Notes: a model not told the origin generated them from the letters alone. A stretch of DNA of 64,000 nt from Octopus vulgaris (GCA_951406725.2 OX597840.1:25048001-25112000); one strand, 5' to 3'; shown: positions 11,971 to 26,167, counted from the first letter of the stretch. Translations and numbers: made by a program.

Positions 11971-12449
11971 ATCGATTGTCATCGATCGTCATCCGGCCCC
12001 CTCCCCCCTCTGGGGATGTTTGATTTACCAATCGACGGTGTCCGAGGCGGGGGGCAACGTTTTAAGCAAAGGGTTCAATTCGGAGCATAAAGCGGGTGTA
12101 AAGCGGGTATGAATCGGGTGCGGAACGTGTGTTGAGAGGTAAGCAGGGTGGGGCGGGGGACCGGGTGGGGGAGGGAGACGTGGAAGTCGGGTGGGAGATG
12201 GGCGGGGTGGGAGGGTGCGTTGTGTGTAAAGCCTTCGTTCGTATTTGTCGGAGGAGTTATTTTCCTTCCCCTGTTTTCAAATTTAACCCTCAATATACCC
12301 CAGAAGTGCTCTCTTGATATGCGATAGGAGGGTATATATCATTGATATACGCTTGATATGATATGATATGATATGATATATGATACACACACAGACACAC
12401 GCACACATACACGCATATATATATCCCCCTCTCTCTCTTTCTCTCTATG

Positions 12450-12517
<68 letters not shown>

Positions 12518-12600
12518 GAAAATCCACATTTCCCTTGTATATATAGAAATATATATATATATATACATACATACATATATATATGTATATAGATAGTGTA

Positions 12601-12675
<75 letters not shown>

Positions 12676-12761
12676 TATGTATACATATGTATTTATAGCG
12701 TATACATATATTTATATATATATGAGGGAACGTATATAGATAGTGCATGTACACATATGTA

Positions 12762-12824
<63 letters not shown>

Positions 12825-12865
12825 AGTATATGTATAGTATATGTCTATATATATATATATATATA

Positions 12866-13023
12866 CCGGAGTAAACACATAAATGTGAAACAAGGTGGAA
12901 AAAAGAGTACTCAAATACCAGTGGTAGAGTAATATGCTTTACTAGCAAAAACTGTCTGATGAACGGCAACGAGAAACTCAGAGTAACAGATTTTGTTGAA
13001 TTTTCTGCTGCTTTAAATAAATA

Positions 13024-13025
<2 letters not shown>
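12866..13025 (+). mobile_element. Small Penelope-like element (family with copies at 25.1 and 38.0 kb) in (TA)n
   Basis: ccggagtaaacacataaatgtgaaacaaggtgg...ctgatgaacggcaacgagaaactcagagtaacag...ttaaataaa; (TA)n on both sides. Confidence 0.75.
12943..12998 (+). ncRNA. Minimal type I hammerhead ribozyme motif
   Basis: tagcaaaaactgt CTGATGA acg-gcaa-cga GAAACTCAGAGTA acagattttgttg; stem I about 12 of 13 bp, near-palindromic stem III actc-a-gagt, GUA site. Confidence 0.8.
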
Positions 13026-13091
<66 letters not shown>

Positions 13092-13199
13092 CATAATAAT
13101 GAGGGTTAGTATGGATTTTCTATATATGAGTCTGTGTGTGTATATATATACATACACATACACACACATATATATTACATGTGTATGCATATATGACCT

Positions 13200-13400
13200 C
13201 GTGTGTACCGTTGGCGATTTTTTTTCCTCTGTCTTCCCTTCTCTGGATCTTTCCCTTTCCTATGTTACCGACGAAGTGCTCCGCTCGAAACGTTAAACCC
13301 TCCTTCTTTCCTTCTTTCCTGAGCGTCCAATAATACTATATTTGTTCCATGTCCTCGCGTTGCTGTGTTTTTTTTTGTGCTTTCTTGTTTGGATTAACTT
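13200..13400 (+). mobile_element. Small repeat with degenerate hammerhead (paralogue of 56900-57105)
   Basis: cgtgtgtaccgttggcgatttt...gtta ccgacga agtgc tcc gctc gaaacgtt aaac...ggattaact. Confidence 0.6.
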
Positions 13401-13420
13401 TATGTATGTATGTATATATA

Positions 13421-13835
13421 GGAGTGGCTGTGTGGTAAGTAGCTTGTTTACCAACCATATGGTTCCGGGTTCAGTCCCACTGCGTGACACATTGGGCAAG
13501 TGTCTTCTACTATAGCCTCGGGCCGACCAAAGCCTTGTGAGTGGATTTGGTAGACGGAAACTGAAAGAAGCCCGTCATATATATGTATATATCTATGCTT
13601 GTGTGTGTTTGTGTGTCTGTGTTTGTCCCCCCCCAACATCTCTTGACAACCGATGCTGGTGTGTTTACGTCTCCGTTACTTAGCGGTTCGGCAAAAGAGA
13701 CCGATAGAATAAGTACTGGGCTTACAAAAGAATAAGTCCCGGGGTCGATTTGCTCGATTAAAGGCGGTGCTCCAGCATGGCCGCAGACAAATGGCTGAAA
13801 CAAGTAAAAGAGTAAAACAGAGTAAAGAGTAAAGA
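13421..13835 (+). mobile_element. SINE A, full length
   Basis: ggagtggctgtgtggtaagtagc head through (gagtaaa)n tail. Confidence 0.9.
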
Positions 13836-13937
13836 GTATATATATCGGTTTCAGGTCATCAGTTTCGGGGGAAGGGGCCATGGCCGATTTGATCAACCCC
13901 AGTCTTCAATTGCTGCTTATTTTATCGACACCGATAT

Positions 13938-14291
13938 TCTTTTACTTGTTTCAGTCATTTGATTGCGGCCATGCTGGGGCACCGCCTTTAGTCGGGCAAA
14001 TCGGACCCCAGGACTTATTGCTTGTAAGCCTAGTACTTATTCTATCGGTCTCTTTTGCCGAACCGCTAGGTTACGGGGACGTAAACACACCAACATCGAT
14101 TGAGGGGAGAAACACACACACATACACATATGTATACGACGGGCTTCTTTCAGTTTCCGTCTGCCAAATCCACTCACACGGCTTTGGTCGCCCGAGGCTA
14201 TAGTAGAAGACAGTTGCCCAAGGTGCCACGCAGTGGGACTGAACCCGGAACCATGTGACTGGTAAGCAAGCTACATACCACACAGCCACTC
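13938..14291 (-). mobile_element. SINE A, inverted relative to the previous copy
   Basis: Reverse complement of the same consensus, with an internal deletion. Confidence 0.88.
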
Positions 14292-14320
14292 CTACATATA
14301 TTACATATAAATATCTATCA

Positions 14321-14391
<71 letters not shown>

Positions 14392-14396
<5 letters not shown>

Positions 14397-15484
14397 ACCG
14401 CGAGTGTCGCGTTGCTCTCAAGCAACTCTGCCGTCATGGGTCGACCTTAAGTGACTTCAACACAACCAAAGCATTCTATAGGGGTTTAGTGGAGGGGAGG
14501 TACGACGACGAGCTCGGGGCGAACCTGGACGTCGACGAGGAGTACCTGACCTGCCTGTTCAGGACGACTTTCGGGCCAGGGCCCATGGACAACTTCCAGA
14601 GATCCCTGGCCTGGCAGTGCTACCGAGAAGCGCTACCCGTTCGGGATAAGCTCTACAGACACGGCTCGAGAAACACGGGGCCGACCTGCCCGAGATGCGG
14701 TCAGAGCGACGAAACCGTTCTGCACGCACTCGTTCAGTGTCCAACAATTTCCGACCTGTGGGCTTATGTCGAACAACTGCTGTCACGTGTGGGACGAGTC
14801 GGTTTATCAGCTGAGTCTATCGTCAATATTGTCACGCCTCCTTCCTTCAAACGGGAAGGAAGAGCTATTTTCATCATCCTTGTGGCTATGGCGAAAGAAT
14901 GTATCTGGTGGACGCGTCTGAAAGGATTGGAGACAAACACTTTCCTCTCTGGTCAATCTCTCATCAACTTCTTCAAGTACCACTTGAAAAGGAAAGTGAG
15001 AGTAGAGAGGCAAGTTTTGTCTAGCGAAAGTTTTAAAAAAAGATGGGTGAATGTAGCAAGAATGGCACGTATGAATGACGAAGCCACCTTGAGCATAGTC
15101 CTATGAACCCAGAAATCGAAAACAGAGAGTTGCTTATTTGCAAAAAAAAAAAAAAAAAAGAAATATAAAATGTGACTTCATTGACCGAGGTTACCGTGGT
15201 CTTTTCCGTAGGCTTTTCTTTCCACGGGTAAACCTCACCTGTCCTCCCCTTTACACTTCATATTGACATTTCTGTGATAACGATCCCTATTGATCAATTT
15301 TTTTTCCCCCCCCCTTTTTTTTAACCCCCCTTTTTTTGTCCTCTTTCTCTCCTTTTACGATCCCTTTTGATCGAAACTCCCCCTTCCTTTTTTTTTTTTT
15401 TTTTTTTTAAACCTTCAAAAGAAAAGCTCTACCTTGTAATTTGTTCTATCTGTGTGCAGCCCTGTGTGGCTAATAAAGAAACAT
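14392..15484 (+). mobile_element. Tx1/L1-like LINE 3' fragment (open ORF2 C-terminus to 15106 + 3' UTR)
   Basis: Open frame FYRECRVALK...CPRCGQSDETVLHALVQC...IWWTRLK; ends aataaagaaacat directly into (ATCT)n; (ATCT)n also upstream. Confidence 0.92.
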
Positions 15485-15497
15485 ATCTATCTATCTA

Positions 15498-15644
<147 letters not shown>

Positions 15645-15679
15645 ATATATCTATCTATCTAGCTCTATGTATATCTATC

Positions 15680-15738
<59 letters not shown>

Positions 15739-15743
15739 GTCTG

Positions 15744-15827
<84 letters not shown>

Positions 15828-15989
15828 GTTCTGTGTATATATATATATTAGTTATTAGTTTTACATATGTGTGTGTGTGTGTGTGTGTGTGCACAGGAAT
15901 GCATCTAATGATCTACGTTTGTGTGTATGTGCGTTTATGTGTGTTTTAGTTACGTGTATAATCAGGGTGTCTGTGTGTTTGTTTGATTA

Positions 15990-16101
15990 CGTATGGTGTC
16001 TGTGTGTTCGTGAATTATTCTGTGTGTGTCTGTGTGTGTGTGAATGAAAGAGAGAAAGAGACAGAGAGACGGGGGAAAGAAAAAAGAAAGAAAGAAACAG
16101 G

Positions 16102-16135
<34 letters not shown>

Positions 16136-16466
16136 GAGAAGTTGTGAGGGTGACTTGGAAAGCCAAGGCGTGCTTGTGTGTATGTATATATGTATATACA
16201 TTCATATGTATGCATGTATGCACATTGAATGTATGTGGGAATATGCTTGTGTGGTTGAGAAAATACTGTGAATGCGTGTGTGTGTGTATGAGCGTGTATG
16301 TGTTTATGCGTGTGAAAGCTATTATAGTTGTGTGTGTATGTGAGAAAGAGAGAGAGTATGTGTGTGTGTGTGTGTGTGTGAGAAAGAGAGAGAGTTTGTG
16401 TGTGTGTGTGTGAGAAAGAGAGAGAGTTTGTGTGTGTGTGTGAGAGAGAGAGAAAGAGAGAGAGTT

Positions 16467-16502
<36 letters not shown>

Positions 16503-16539
16503 TTTGTGTGTGTGTGTGTGAGAAAAAGAGAGAGTTTGT

Positions 16540-16583
<44 letters not shown>

Positions 16584-16672
16584 TTTTGTGTGTGTTTGTG
16601 TGTGTTTGTTTGTGAGAGAGAAAGAGAGAGAGTGTGTGTGTGTGTGTGTGTGTGTGTGAGAAAGAGAGAGAG

Positions 16673-16714
<42 letters not shown>

Positions 16715-16812
16715 AGAAAGAGAGAGAGTTTGTGTGTGTTTGTGTGTGTGTGTGTGTGAGAGAGAGAGAAAGAGAGAGAGTTTGTGTGTGTGTGTGTGTG
16801 AGAAAGAGAGAG

Positions 16813-16848
<36 letters not shown>

Positions 16849-17205
16849 TCCATGTATGTGTATATGTGTACTTGTTCTTGTGAAAGGTAAGACGAGTGTG
16901 TGTTTGCGTGGATGTGTGGTGATGTGTATGTATCATGTGTGTGTGTGTGTGTGTGTGTTTGTATGTATTGTGTGTGTGTGTGTGTGTTTGTATGTATTTG
17001 TGTGTAGGGGATGTAATGTGTATGTATATAACTGTGTAGTAGTTTGTGTGTATGTGTGTATGTGTGTATGTATATTTGTGTGTGTATATAACAAGTGCAT
17101 GTGTGTGTGAACGTATTTATGCGTTTGATAGTGTGTGTGTGAAAGTGTGTGTATGTAAGAGGGAGAGAGAGAGAGGGAGACATACAGACAGTGTGTGTGT
17201 GAGAA

Positions 17206-17236
<31 letters not shown>

Positions 17237-17553
17237 CAGACAAGCAGTGTGAGGGAGGGTGTGAGACTGAGTGTATGCTAGAGAGGGAGAGAGAGAGAGA
17301 GAGAAGGAAAGAGAAAAAAGAGAGAACGAAAGAGAGGAAGTGTGAACCTGTGTGGGGGTGTGTGAGGGATGGTGTGAGTTTGTGTGTGTCATTGTGTGTG
17401 TGTGTGTGTGTGTGTGTGGTAGTATATATGATTGTGTGTGTGATTGTATATGAATATGTGTGTAGTGTGTGTGTGTGTGTGTGTGTGTGAATGAAAGTGT
17501 GTGTGTATGAAAGATAAAAGAGAACTTGCGCGTGTGTGTGTGTGCGTGTGCAA

Positions 17554-17585
<32 letters not shown>

Positions 17586-17827
17586 TAGTGTATGTGCGTG
17601 AGAGAGATAGAGGGTGTGTATGTGTGTGGTGTGTGTCTATGTGTGCGGTTGTGTGTGTGTGTGTGTGTGTGTGTATAGGCGTTTCTGGTAGTGTATGTTT
17701 ATGTGAGTGAGTACTGTGTATGTGAGGGAGGGAGGGGTGAGATAAAGAGAGAAAGAGAGAGTGTATATGTGTGTGTGTGTATATACACGTGTGTCTATCC
17801 GTGTGTGTGAGATAGATAGAGGGAGAG

Positions 17828-17862
<35 letters not shown>

Positions 17863-18407
17863 GTGTGTGCGTGTGTAATTCTGTGTGTGTGTCTATCCAT
17901 ATATGTGTGTATGTGTGTCTTAGTGTGGTGTGTGGTAGTGTGTGTGTGTGTGAAATTCTGTGTGTGTCTATCCATAGATGTGTGTATGTGTGTGTGAGTG
18001 TGGTAGTGTGTGTGTGTGTGTGTGTGATTCCGTGTATATATGTGTATTCATAGCTACGTGCATGTGCGTGTGGTAGTGTATGTGGTAGAGTATGTGTGTG
18101 TGTGTGGTAGTGTGTGCGTGTGTGAAATTCTGTGTGTGTCTATCCATAGATGTGTATATGTGTGTGTGAGTGTGGTAGTGTGTGTGTGTGTGAAATTCTG
18201 TGTGTGTCTATCCATAGATGTGTATATGTGTGTGTGAGTGTGGTAGTGTGTGTGTGTGTGAAATTCTGTGTGTGTCTATCCATAGATGTGTGTATGTGTG
18301 TGTGAGTGTGGTAGTGTGTGTGTGTGTGTGTGTGATTCCGTGTATTCATAGCTACGCGCATGTGCGTGTGGTAGTGTATGTGGTAGTGTATGTATGTGTG
18401 TGTGGTA

Positions 18408-18458
<51 letters not shown>

Positions 18459-18570
18459 AATGTAAGCGTGTGAACGCGCGCGCGCGCGTGTGTGAGAGAG
18501 AGCGCGTGTATATGTATGCGTGTATGCGTATGTGTATATGTATGTGCATATGCGTGTGTGTGTGTGTGCG
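15990..18570. repeat. Large compound (GT)n/(GA)n region with higher-order units
   Basis: gagaaagagagagagtttgtgtg units at 16340-16840; gaaattctgtgtgtgtctatccatagatg units at about 17870-18330. Confidence 0.85.
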
Positions 18571-18962
18571 CTGAGTGTGGCAGGCGGTCAGTCAGCGCAC
18601 ACAAGTACACGCTAAGCTTTCATTAAACGTTTCTCCGCGTAGCGAGAAGCACCAGTCTTTTTAGAATTGTCACGAAAATTTTTCGTAGCATTACTTGTTG
18701 TTGTTGTTGTCGTTGTCGTTGTTGTTATTGTTTTCGTTGTAGTTGTAGTAGTAGTCGTAGTAGTTGTTGTAGTTGTTGTTGTTGTTATTACTATTCACTT
18801 GGAGTGTTGGCGTTGCGAAAAAGGGAAGAGTCGACATATCCAACTTTGGTGCGGCACCATGTCACTCACGAGTTGTCTTTTACTGAGGATTTTTATTATG
18901 ACGGTTTTGTGGAGTGATAGTTGTACGGCTATCAAATGGCTGTAAGTATTCACACAATTTTA

Positions 18963-19007
<45 letters not shown>

Positions 19008-19009
<2 letters not shown>

Positions 19010-19317
19010 CTTCGTAAAAACAATGTCGTATATGAATATATATTTTATTTAGCAAATTGTATTTTAAATGCATTTAACTTCATTCATAAACATTCACCTG
19101 CGTATAACTTATAATGCTTACACATATACATCTACACACTCATATATATATGTGTATATATATATTTATATATATATATATATATATACTTCGTAAAAAC
19201 AATGTTGTATATGAATATATATTTTATTTAGCAAATTGTATTTTAAATACATTTAACTTCATTCATAAACATACGTATACATATAACTTTTAATGCTTAC
19301 ACATATACATCTACACA

Positions 19318-19321
<4 letters not shown>
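19008..19321 (+). repeat. ~135-bp AT-rich direct duplication (period 179)
   Basis: tacttcgtaaaaacaatg...catctacacactc at 19008 and 19187, separated and flanked by (TA)n. Confidence 0.85.
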
Positions 19322-19380
<59 letters not shown>

Positions 19381-19600
19381 ATGCGTCTGTGTATATATGT
19401 AGTTTTTGCTTTTAATCTGTTATTTTCTTATCTTTCACAACTTTTTTTAGTCTTGTTTGTTATTGGTTGCAGTTTGTTTTATCAATTGTATTTTCTTTGT
19501 TTTTTTTTTTACAATGAATTATTTATAACTATTATTATCATTATTATTGTTATTGTTATTGTTATTATTATTATTATTATTATTATCATTATTATTGTTA

Positions 19601-19637
<37 letters not shown>

Positions 19638-19869
19638 AAAATACAGGATTTGTGCATATAGTAGAAAGGATTATTATTATTGTTATTGTTATTATTATTA
19701 TTATTATTATAGTACTATTGTTGTTGTTATTGTAGTAGTAGTAGTAGTAGTAGTAGTAGCAGTTGTTGTTGTTGTAATAGTAGTAGTAGTGGTAGTAGTA
19801 GTAGGGGTGGTGGTAGTACGCTTGTATGTTTAAAAATGTTTTTCCCAATTTACACGCAAAACTTCGGTA

Positions 19870-19998
19870 ATTTCATCCTCTCGGGGTCGATAAATTAAGT
19901 ACCAGTTACGTACTGGGGTCGATGTAATCGACTTAAAACCTATGTCTGTCCTTGTTTGTCCCCTCTATGTTTGGCCCCTTGTGGGTAATAAAGAAATA
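19870..19998 (+). mobile_element. SINE B 5'-truncated copy with Tx1-like tail
   Basis: tttcatcctctcggggtcgataaattaagtacc...gtgggtaataaagaaata. Confidence 0.85.
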
Positions 19999-20469
19999 GG
20001 TTCGCTACATATACGTGTGTGTGTGTGTGCGTAATGTGCATATGTATGTGTCTGTATAACACACACACACACCTACATATATATGTATAACAATTATATC
20101 TAAATGTTTATGTGTGTGTGTACGCATGCAAGAACGTATGTGTATATGCGTGCATATGCATACGCTCGCATGTAAGTATGCACGTATGCATGTATGTATG
20201 TATGTATGAAAGAATATGTGAATGTATGTAGGTATTACACGTATGATTAGTCTGAACCTCAACGATTCAAAACAGTCGAATCCGTAACAAAACTGTTATC
20301 CCTCGCACAACTTTCTAGTATCGAGAACTTTATTCTCCGTTTTTGTTGTTTTTGTAAACAGACACACACACACACACACACTCTTCTACACATCACCGTC
20401 ATCATCATCATCATCATCATCATCATCACATAACCACACATAAACACACACACACACATACACACGTGT

Positions 20470-20676
20470 AAACGCCGGGCGAAATGCGTAGCCGTATTTC
20501 GTCTGCCGTTTCGTTCTGAGTTCAAATTCCGCCGAGGTCGATTTTGCCTTGCATCCTTTCGGGGTCGATAGATAAAGTACCAGTTACGCACTGGGGTCGA
20601 TGTAATCGACTTAATCCCTTTGTCTGTCCTTGTTTGTCCCCTCTATGTTTAGCCCCTTGTGGGCAGTAAAGAAATA
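20470..20676 (+). mobile_element. SINE B with Tx1-like tail
   Basis: acgccgggcgaaatgcgtagccgtatttcg...gtgggcagtaaagaaata. Confidence 0.88.
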
Positions 20677-20750
20677 TATACAGACGAGTTGTGTGCGTGT
20701 GTGCCCGTGTACTGAGGTGAGCAATTACAACATACACACACACGTATATC

Positions 20751-20793
<43 letters not shown>

Positions 20794-20909
20794 ATGTGTG
20801 TGTGTGTGTGTGTGTGTGTATTTATGTATGTATACTCACCGAGCAATTACAACATACACACACACACACACATGTATATAAATACATATGCAAAAATACG
20901 TATATCTGC

Positions 20910-20965
<56 letters not shown>

Positions 20966-21128
20966 TTATGTATGTATACTCACCGACAGGAGACACACAG
21001 ACACAGATGTGTCTGCTCTATACTGTATACACCCTCTGGAAAAGAAGTTCCGTCCCTCCCACCCCACGTACCCCGTTTTCTGTACTATTAAGCATAAACA
21101 ACACTTCGGATTAGACTTACACTACGAT

Positions 21129-21197
<69 letters not shown>

Positions 21198-21423
21198 TAT
21201 GTGTGTGTATGCATATATATGTTTGTATGTATGTATGTGTATTTAGTGTATAATATTTCACTAAGCCACCCGTTTCCTACCCGCATGTTATGAACGAGTG
21301 TTTGTGCGTGTGTCTGGGTCTGTCTCTCTCGTTTCTGTCTGTTTGTCTGTCTATCTGTCTATCCATTTATCTGTTTATCTGTTTCAGATAGTCGGTTTCT
21401 GTGTATACACACGCTTACAAGTA

Positions 21424-21475
<52 letters not shown>

Positions 21476-21492
21476 AGTAAATATATATATAC

Positions 21493-21559
<67 letters not shown>

Positions 21560-21581
21560 TATATATATGTATATATATGTA

Positions 21582-21623
<42 letters not shown>

Positions 21624-21869
21624 TTATATGCATATCTACATTTATTAAACTTCGATGTTACTGTTAACCTTTCCATTATAAAGTTTAATAAATACATCCT
21701 CCGCTGAAACAGTATCGAGTGATCCCTCAGTTGAATGTTAAATCGCTTTTATCTATAACTTGACACAAAAACGGACACACATATATATATACATACATGT
21801 GTGTATATATATATATATACATATATGCATACATGTGTGTATATATATATATAATACATATATGCATAC

Positions 21870-22367
21870 ATACCCACATACATACCCACATACATACCCA
21901 CATACATACATACATGCATACATACATATGTACGTACATAAATACATACATACATGCATACATACATACATACGTACGTACGTACATACATACACACATA
22001 CATACATGTATGCATACATGTATACATATATACATATATACATATATACATACGTACATACATACATACATACATACATAAATACATACATACGTACGTA
22101 CATACATACATACACATACATACATACATACATACACAGGTACATACATACATACATACATACATATATTCATACATACATACATACATACATACATACA
22201 TACATACATACATACATACATACATACATACATACATACATACATACATACATACATACATACATACACACATACATACATACATACATACATACATACA
22301 TACATACATACATACACATACATACATACACACATACATACATACATACATACATACATACATACAT

Positions 22368-22402
<35 letters not shown>

Positions 22403-22450
22403 TACATACAAACATACATACATACATACATACATACATACATGCATACA
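21870..22450. repeat. (TACA)n microsatellite
   Basis: Direct reading; similar tracts at about 36310-36910 and 53970-54385. Confidence 0.9.
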
Positions 22451-22463
22451 TATATGTGGCTAT

Positions 22464-22623
22464 GGAGTGGCTGTGTGGTAAGTAGCTTGCTTACCAACCA
22501 CATGGTTCCGGGTTCAGTCCCACTGCGTGGCACTTTGGGCAAGTGTCTTCTACTATAGCCTCGGGCCGACCAAAAGCCTTGTGAGTGGATTTGGTAGACG
22601 GAAACTGAAAGAAGCCCGTCATA

Positions 22624-22670
<47 letters not shown>

Positions 22671-22860
22671 TTGTCCCCCCAAAATCGCTTGACAACCGAT
22701 GCTGGTGTGTTCACGTCTTCGTAACTTAGCGGTTCGGCAACAGAGACCGATAGAATAAGTACTGGGCTTACAAAGAATAAGTCCTGGGGGTCGATTTTGC
22801 TCGACTAAAGGCAGTGCTCCAGCATGGCCACAGTCAAATGACTGAACCAAGTAAAGGAGT
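22464..22860 (+). mobile_element. SINE A, full length
   Basis: Matches the in-window consensus from head to tail. Confidence 0.9.
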
Positions 22861-23913
22861 AATATTTAAAGCCAGCACACACACAGATGTATACATATAA
22901 ACGTTCGTGTGTGGAAACAAATTTTGTTTTTCTTGGGAGACTCATCACTCCGATAATAATAACTTGCGTCAAGTACCATGCATAATCGTGCGTACCTATA
23001 CGCTTGTTGTGAGTGTATATTCGTTCGTTCTACATGTATATTCGCTTGTTGTGCGTATATATTAGCTTGTTGTGTGTGTGTATATTCCATTCGCTTGTTC
23101 TGTGTTGTGTAAACGTGGATCCGTCCTTATCGAACAGAGCCACATTTTGAGAGAGAAAAAAACCCCACACCGACACTGTCTTCCTTGGACTACGCTATCT
23201 AGCATGCCAGCAGTCTGAGATTTGTGAGGGAGATTTGACTGCCTTTTTCAGCATGTCAAGCGACGAACAACAAAGAGAGAGTGAGAGAGGTGGCGAGAGA
23301 GAGAGAGAGTCATTGGTGTTTACATTTCCGTTCAAATTGAAGCTATCGCCGTTTCTGTCGATGTTTAGATATACGATGAGCGACAATCCAACCGAGACAA
23401 CCACTCCATTTTCTTTTCATTGGCATATCGATGGACTATATTACATAATGCTTCCTTTGTTTCCTTTTAAAGACAGTAGGTTCTGATTTGAGAAAGGTTT
23501 GGCTGGTATTTCTAACAAGAGAAACAACCATGCAAGGGCTCCTTCTTTTCGCTTATGCATATTAGACGTGTTGCTTGGTTAAATCCTAAGTCACCTGTGG
23601 TCGAGTAGCAGAGTTCCAACCGCGACTATCACCCCTGTGTTTTTGTTTATATATATATATATAAACGACTGCATTACCTTTGAGTCCAGCTTTATTTAAA
23701 GAATAGGGTTTTATTTGACGGAGAGCTAACTGCTATTTTTAGCAGGACGAACCGGTTTATAGTAAAGTAATTATCAAATGCGTGTGCGTTAATGTGTGTG
23801 TGTGTATACATAATATATAAAATATGTATAATATATGTATATGTTTATATATGTGTGTGTGTCTGTGTGTGTGTGTAAATAGATAGATAGATAGATAGAT
23901 GGATGGATGGATG

Positions 23914-23984
<71 letters not shown>

Positions 23985-24028
23985 GGATGGATAGATGAAT
24001 GGATGGATAGATAGATAGATAGATAGAT

Positions 24029-24094
<66 letters not shown>

Positions 24095-24103
24095 GAATGG
24101 ATG

Positions 24104-24153
<50 letters not shown>

Positions 24154-24274
24154 TTGACGGATGGATGGAGGGATAAAAAATGGTGGACAAACTAGCAAAA
24201 CATTCGACGTGATTCGAGATACGTTTCCTTCATAAAGTAGAAATAAAATATGTATAACAGAGTTAAGCTGAGTT

Positions 24275-24320
<46 letters not shown>

Positions 24321-24360
24321 CATATATATATACATATATATATAAATACATATGCATATT

Positions 24361-24412
<52 letters not shown>

Positions 24413-24424
24413 CATATATATATT

Positions 24425-24651
24425 GCTTGTTTCAGTTATCTGACTGCAGCCATGCTACAGCATTGTTTTTAGTCGAACAATTCGACCCTCGGGACTTACA
24501 CTTTGGAAGCCTAGTACTTACTCTATCGGCCTCCTTTTGCCGAACCGTCAGGTTACGGGGACGTAAACACACCAACATCGGTTGTCAAGCTGTTATGGTG
24601 GGGAGAAACACAGATACACAAATATATATATACACACACACACACATACAA

Positions 24652-24707
<56 letters not shown>

Positions 24708-24795
24708 GACGGGCTTCTTTCGGTTTCCATCTACCAAATCCACTCACTAGGCTTTGGTCGACTCGAGGCTATAGTAGAAGACACTTGCCCAAGGT
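24425..24795 (-). mobile_element. SINE A, 5'-truncated
   Basis: Reverse-complement match to the consensus. Confidence 0.85.
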
Positions 24796-25012
24796 CTTTG
24801 TATGTATGTGTGTATGTATGTATACGGGGTGTATGTCTATGAACACCCTTCAGGGATATGATTTCGTGAATGCTCCATATTCTTCATAAACACGGTAATT
24901 TCGGTGTTCTAGCGAGGTGGCTTGCTTATATATATTCGACCGATAGGCAAGCTAGAAATAGCAACCAAAATTTCCTGCAAATAATACATTGGTAGAGGCA
25001 TACTGAACAAAC

Positions 25013-25071
<59 letters not shown>

Positions 25072-25074
<3 letters not shown>

Positions 25075-25285
25075 GGAGTAAACACATAAATGTGAAACAA
25101 GGTGGAAAAAAGAGTACTCAAATACCACTGGTATTTGAGTACCAGTGGTATTTGAGTACCAGTGGTATTTGAGTACCAGTGGTATTTGAATACCAGTGGT
25201 ATTCTAGCAAAAACTGTCTGATGAACGGCAACAAGAAACTCAGAGTAACAGACTTTGTTGAATTTTCTTCTGCTTAAATAAAGTA
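25072..25285 (+). mobile_element. Penelope-like element copy with hammerhead (25205-25260) and 17-bp tandem expansion
   Basis: Same sequence as 12866-13025; taccagtggtatttgag repeated about 4-5 times; (TA)n on both sides. Confidence 0.75.
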
Positions 25286-25289
25286 TATA

Positions 25290-25360
<71 letters not shown>

Positions 25361-25804
25361 CATACATACATACATACATACATACATACATACATACATA
25401 CATAAAGCAAGCACAAAAAATAAAACTAGACGCGATAGTCACGGTTGAAACATCTTTGGCCTGTTACATCAGTGCTATCTTGGTTGGCGGTCTTTTTATA
25501 ACATATTAACTACCACATTTAGACGGGTACAAATCGGGTAGTTTTCGACACGTAAGTAACGGGTATATACTCGTGTATACTTATGTACCCGTTTCATTGT
25601 GCCTCTGTGTGTGTGTATGTGTGTGTGTGTGTGTGTGTGTGTTTGTGTAAATATCCCTTTTTATTACGGGTACAAGACCTGTGGCGGATGCAACACCCTG
25701 GGACCCTTAGTTTCAAAGTAACTTCTACAACATTCCAGGCGGATGGAACGATGCATTACCCATTCTCATTCGACTTTTACTTCACCTGTTTGTTCCAAGA
25801 AACC

Positions 25805-25847
<43 letters not shown>

Positions 25848-25916
25848 ATATATATAACTATATATATATATATACACACACACGAACAAACATATATCAA
25901 TAGGCATGCATGTATG

Positions 25917-25948
<32 letters not shown>

Positions 25949-26106
25949 CATATATATATATGTGTGTGTGTATGTATATATATAACTACATATATATGCA
26001 TGTGTATATGTATGTATGTATGTATGTATGTGTATATGTATATATATTCACACACATATATATATACACACACGCACAAACATATATCAATAGGCATGCA
26101 TGTATG

Positions 26107-26167
<61 letters not shown>

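Noticed and set aside
11423-12112. His-rich 229-aa ORF
   Set aside because: (CAT)n microsatellite; no splice or domain evidence
15987-17243. Longest ORF (418 aa, HT/SL repeats) and the many YI, MYVC and YLSI ORFs elsewhere
   Set aside because: Di- and tetranucleotide repeats that lack stop codons by composition
18570-18700. CpG-containing unique island as a promoter (also 44220-44540)
   Set aside because: No diagnostic core-promoter arrangement or adjacent exon visible
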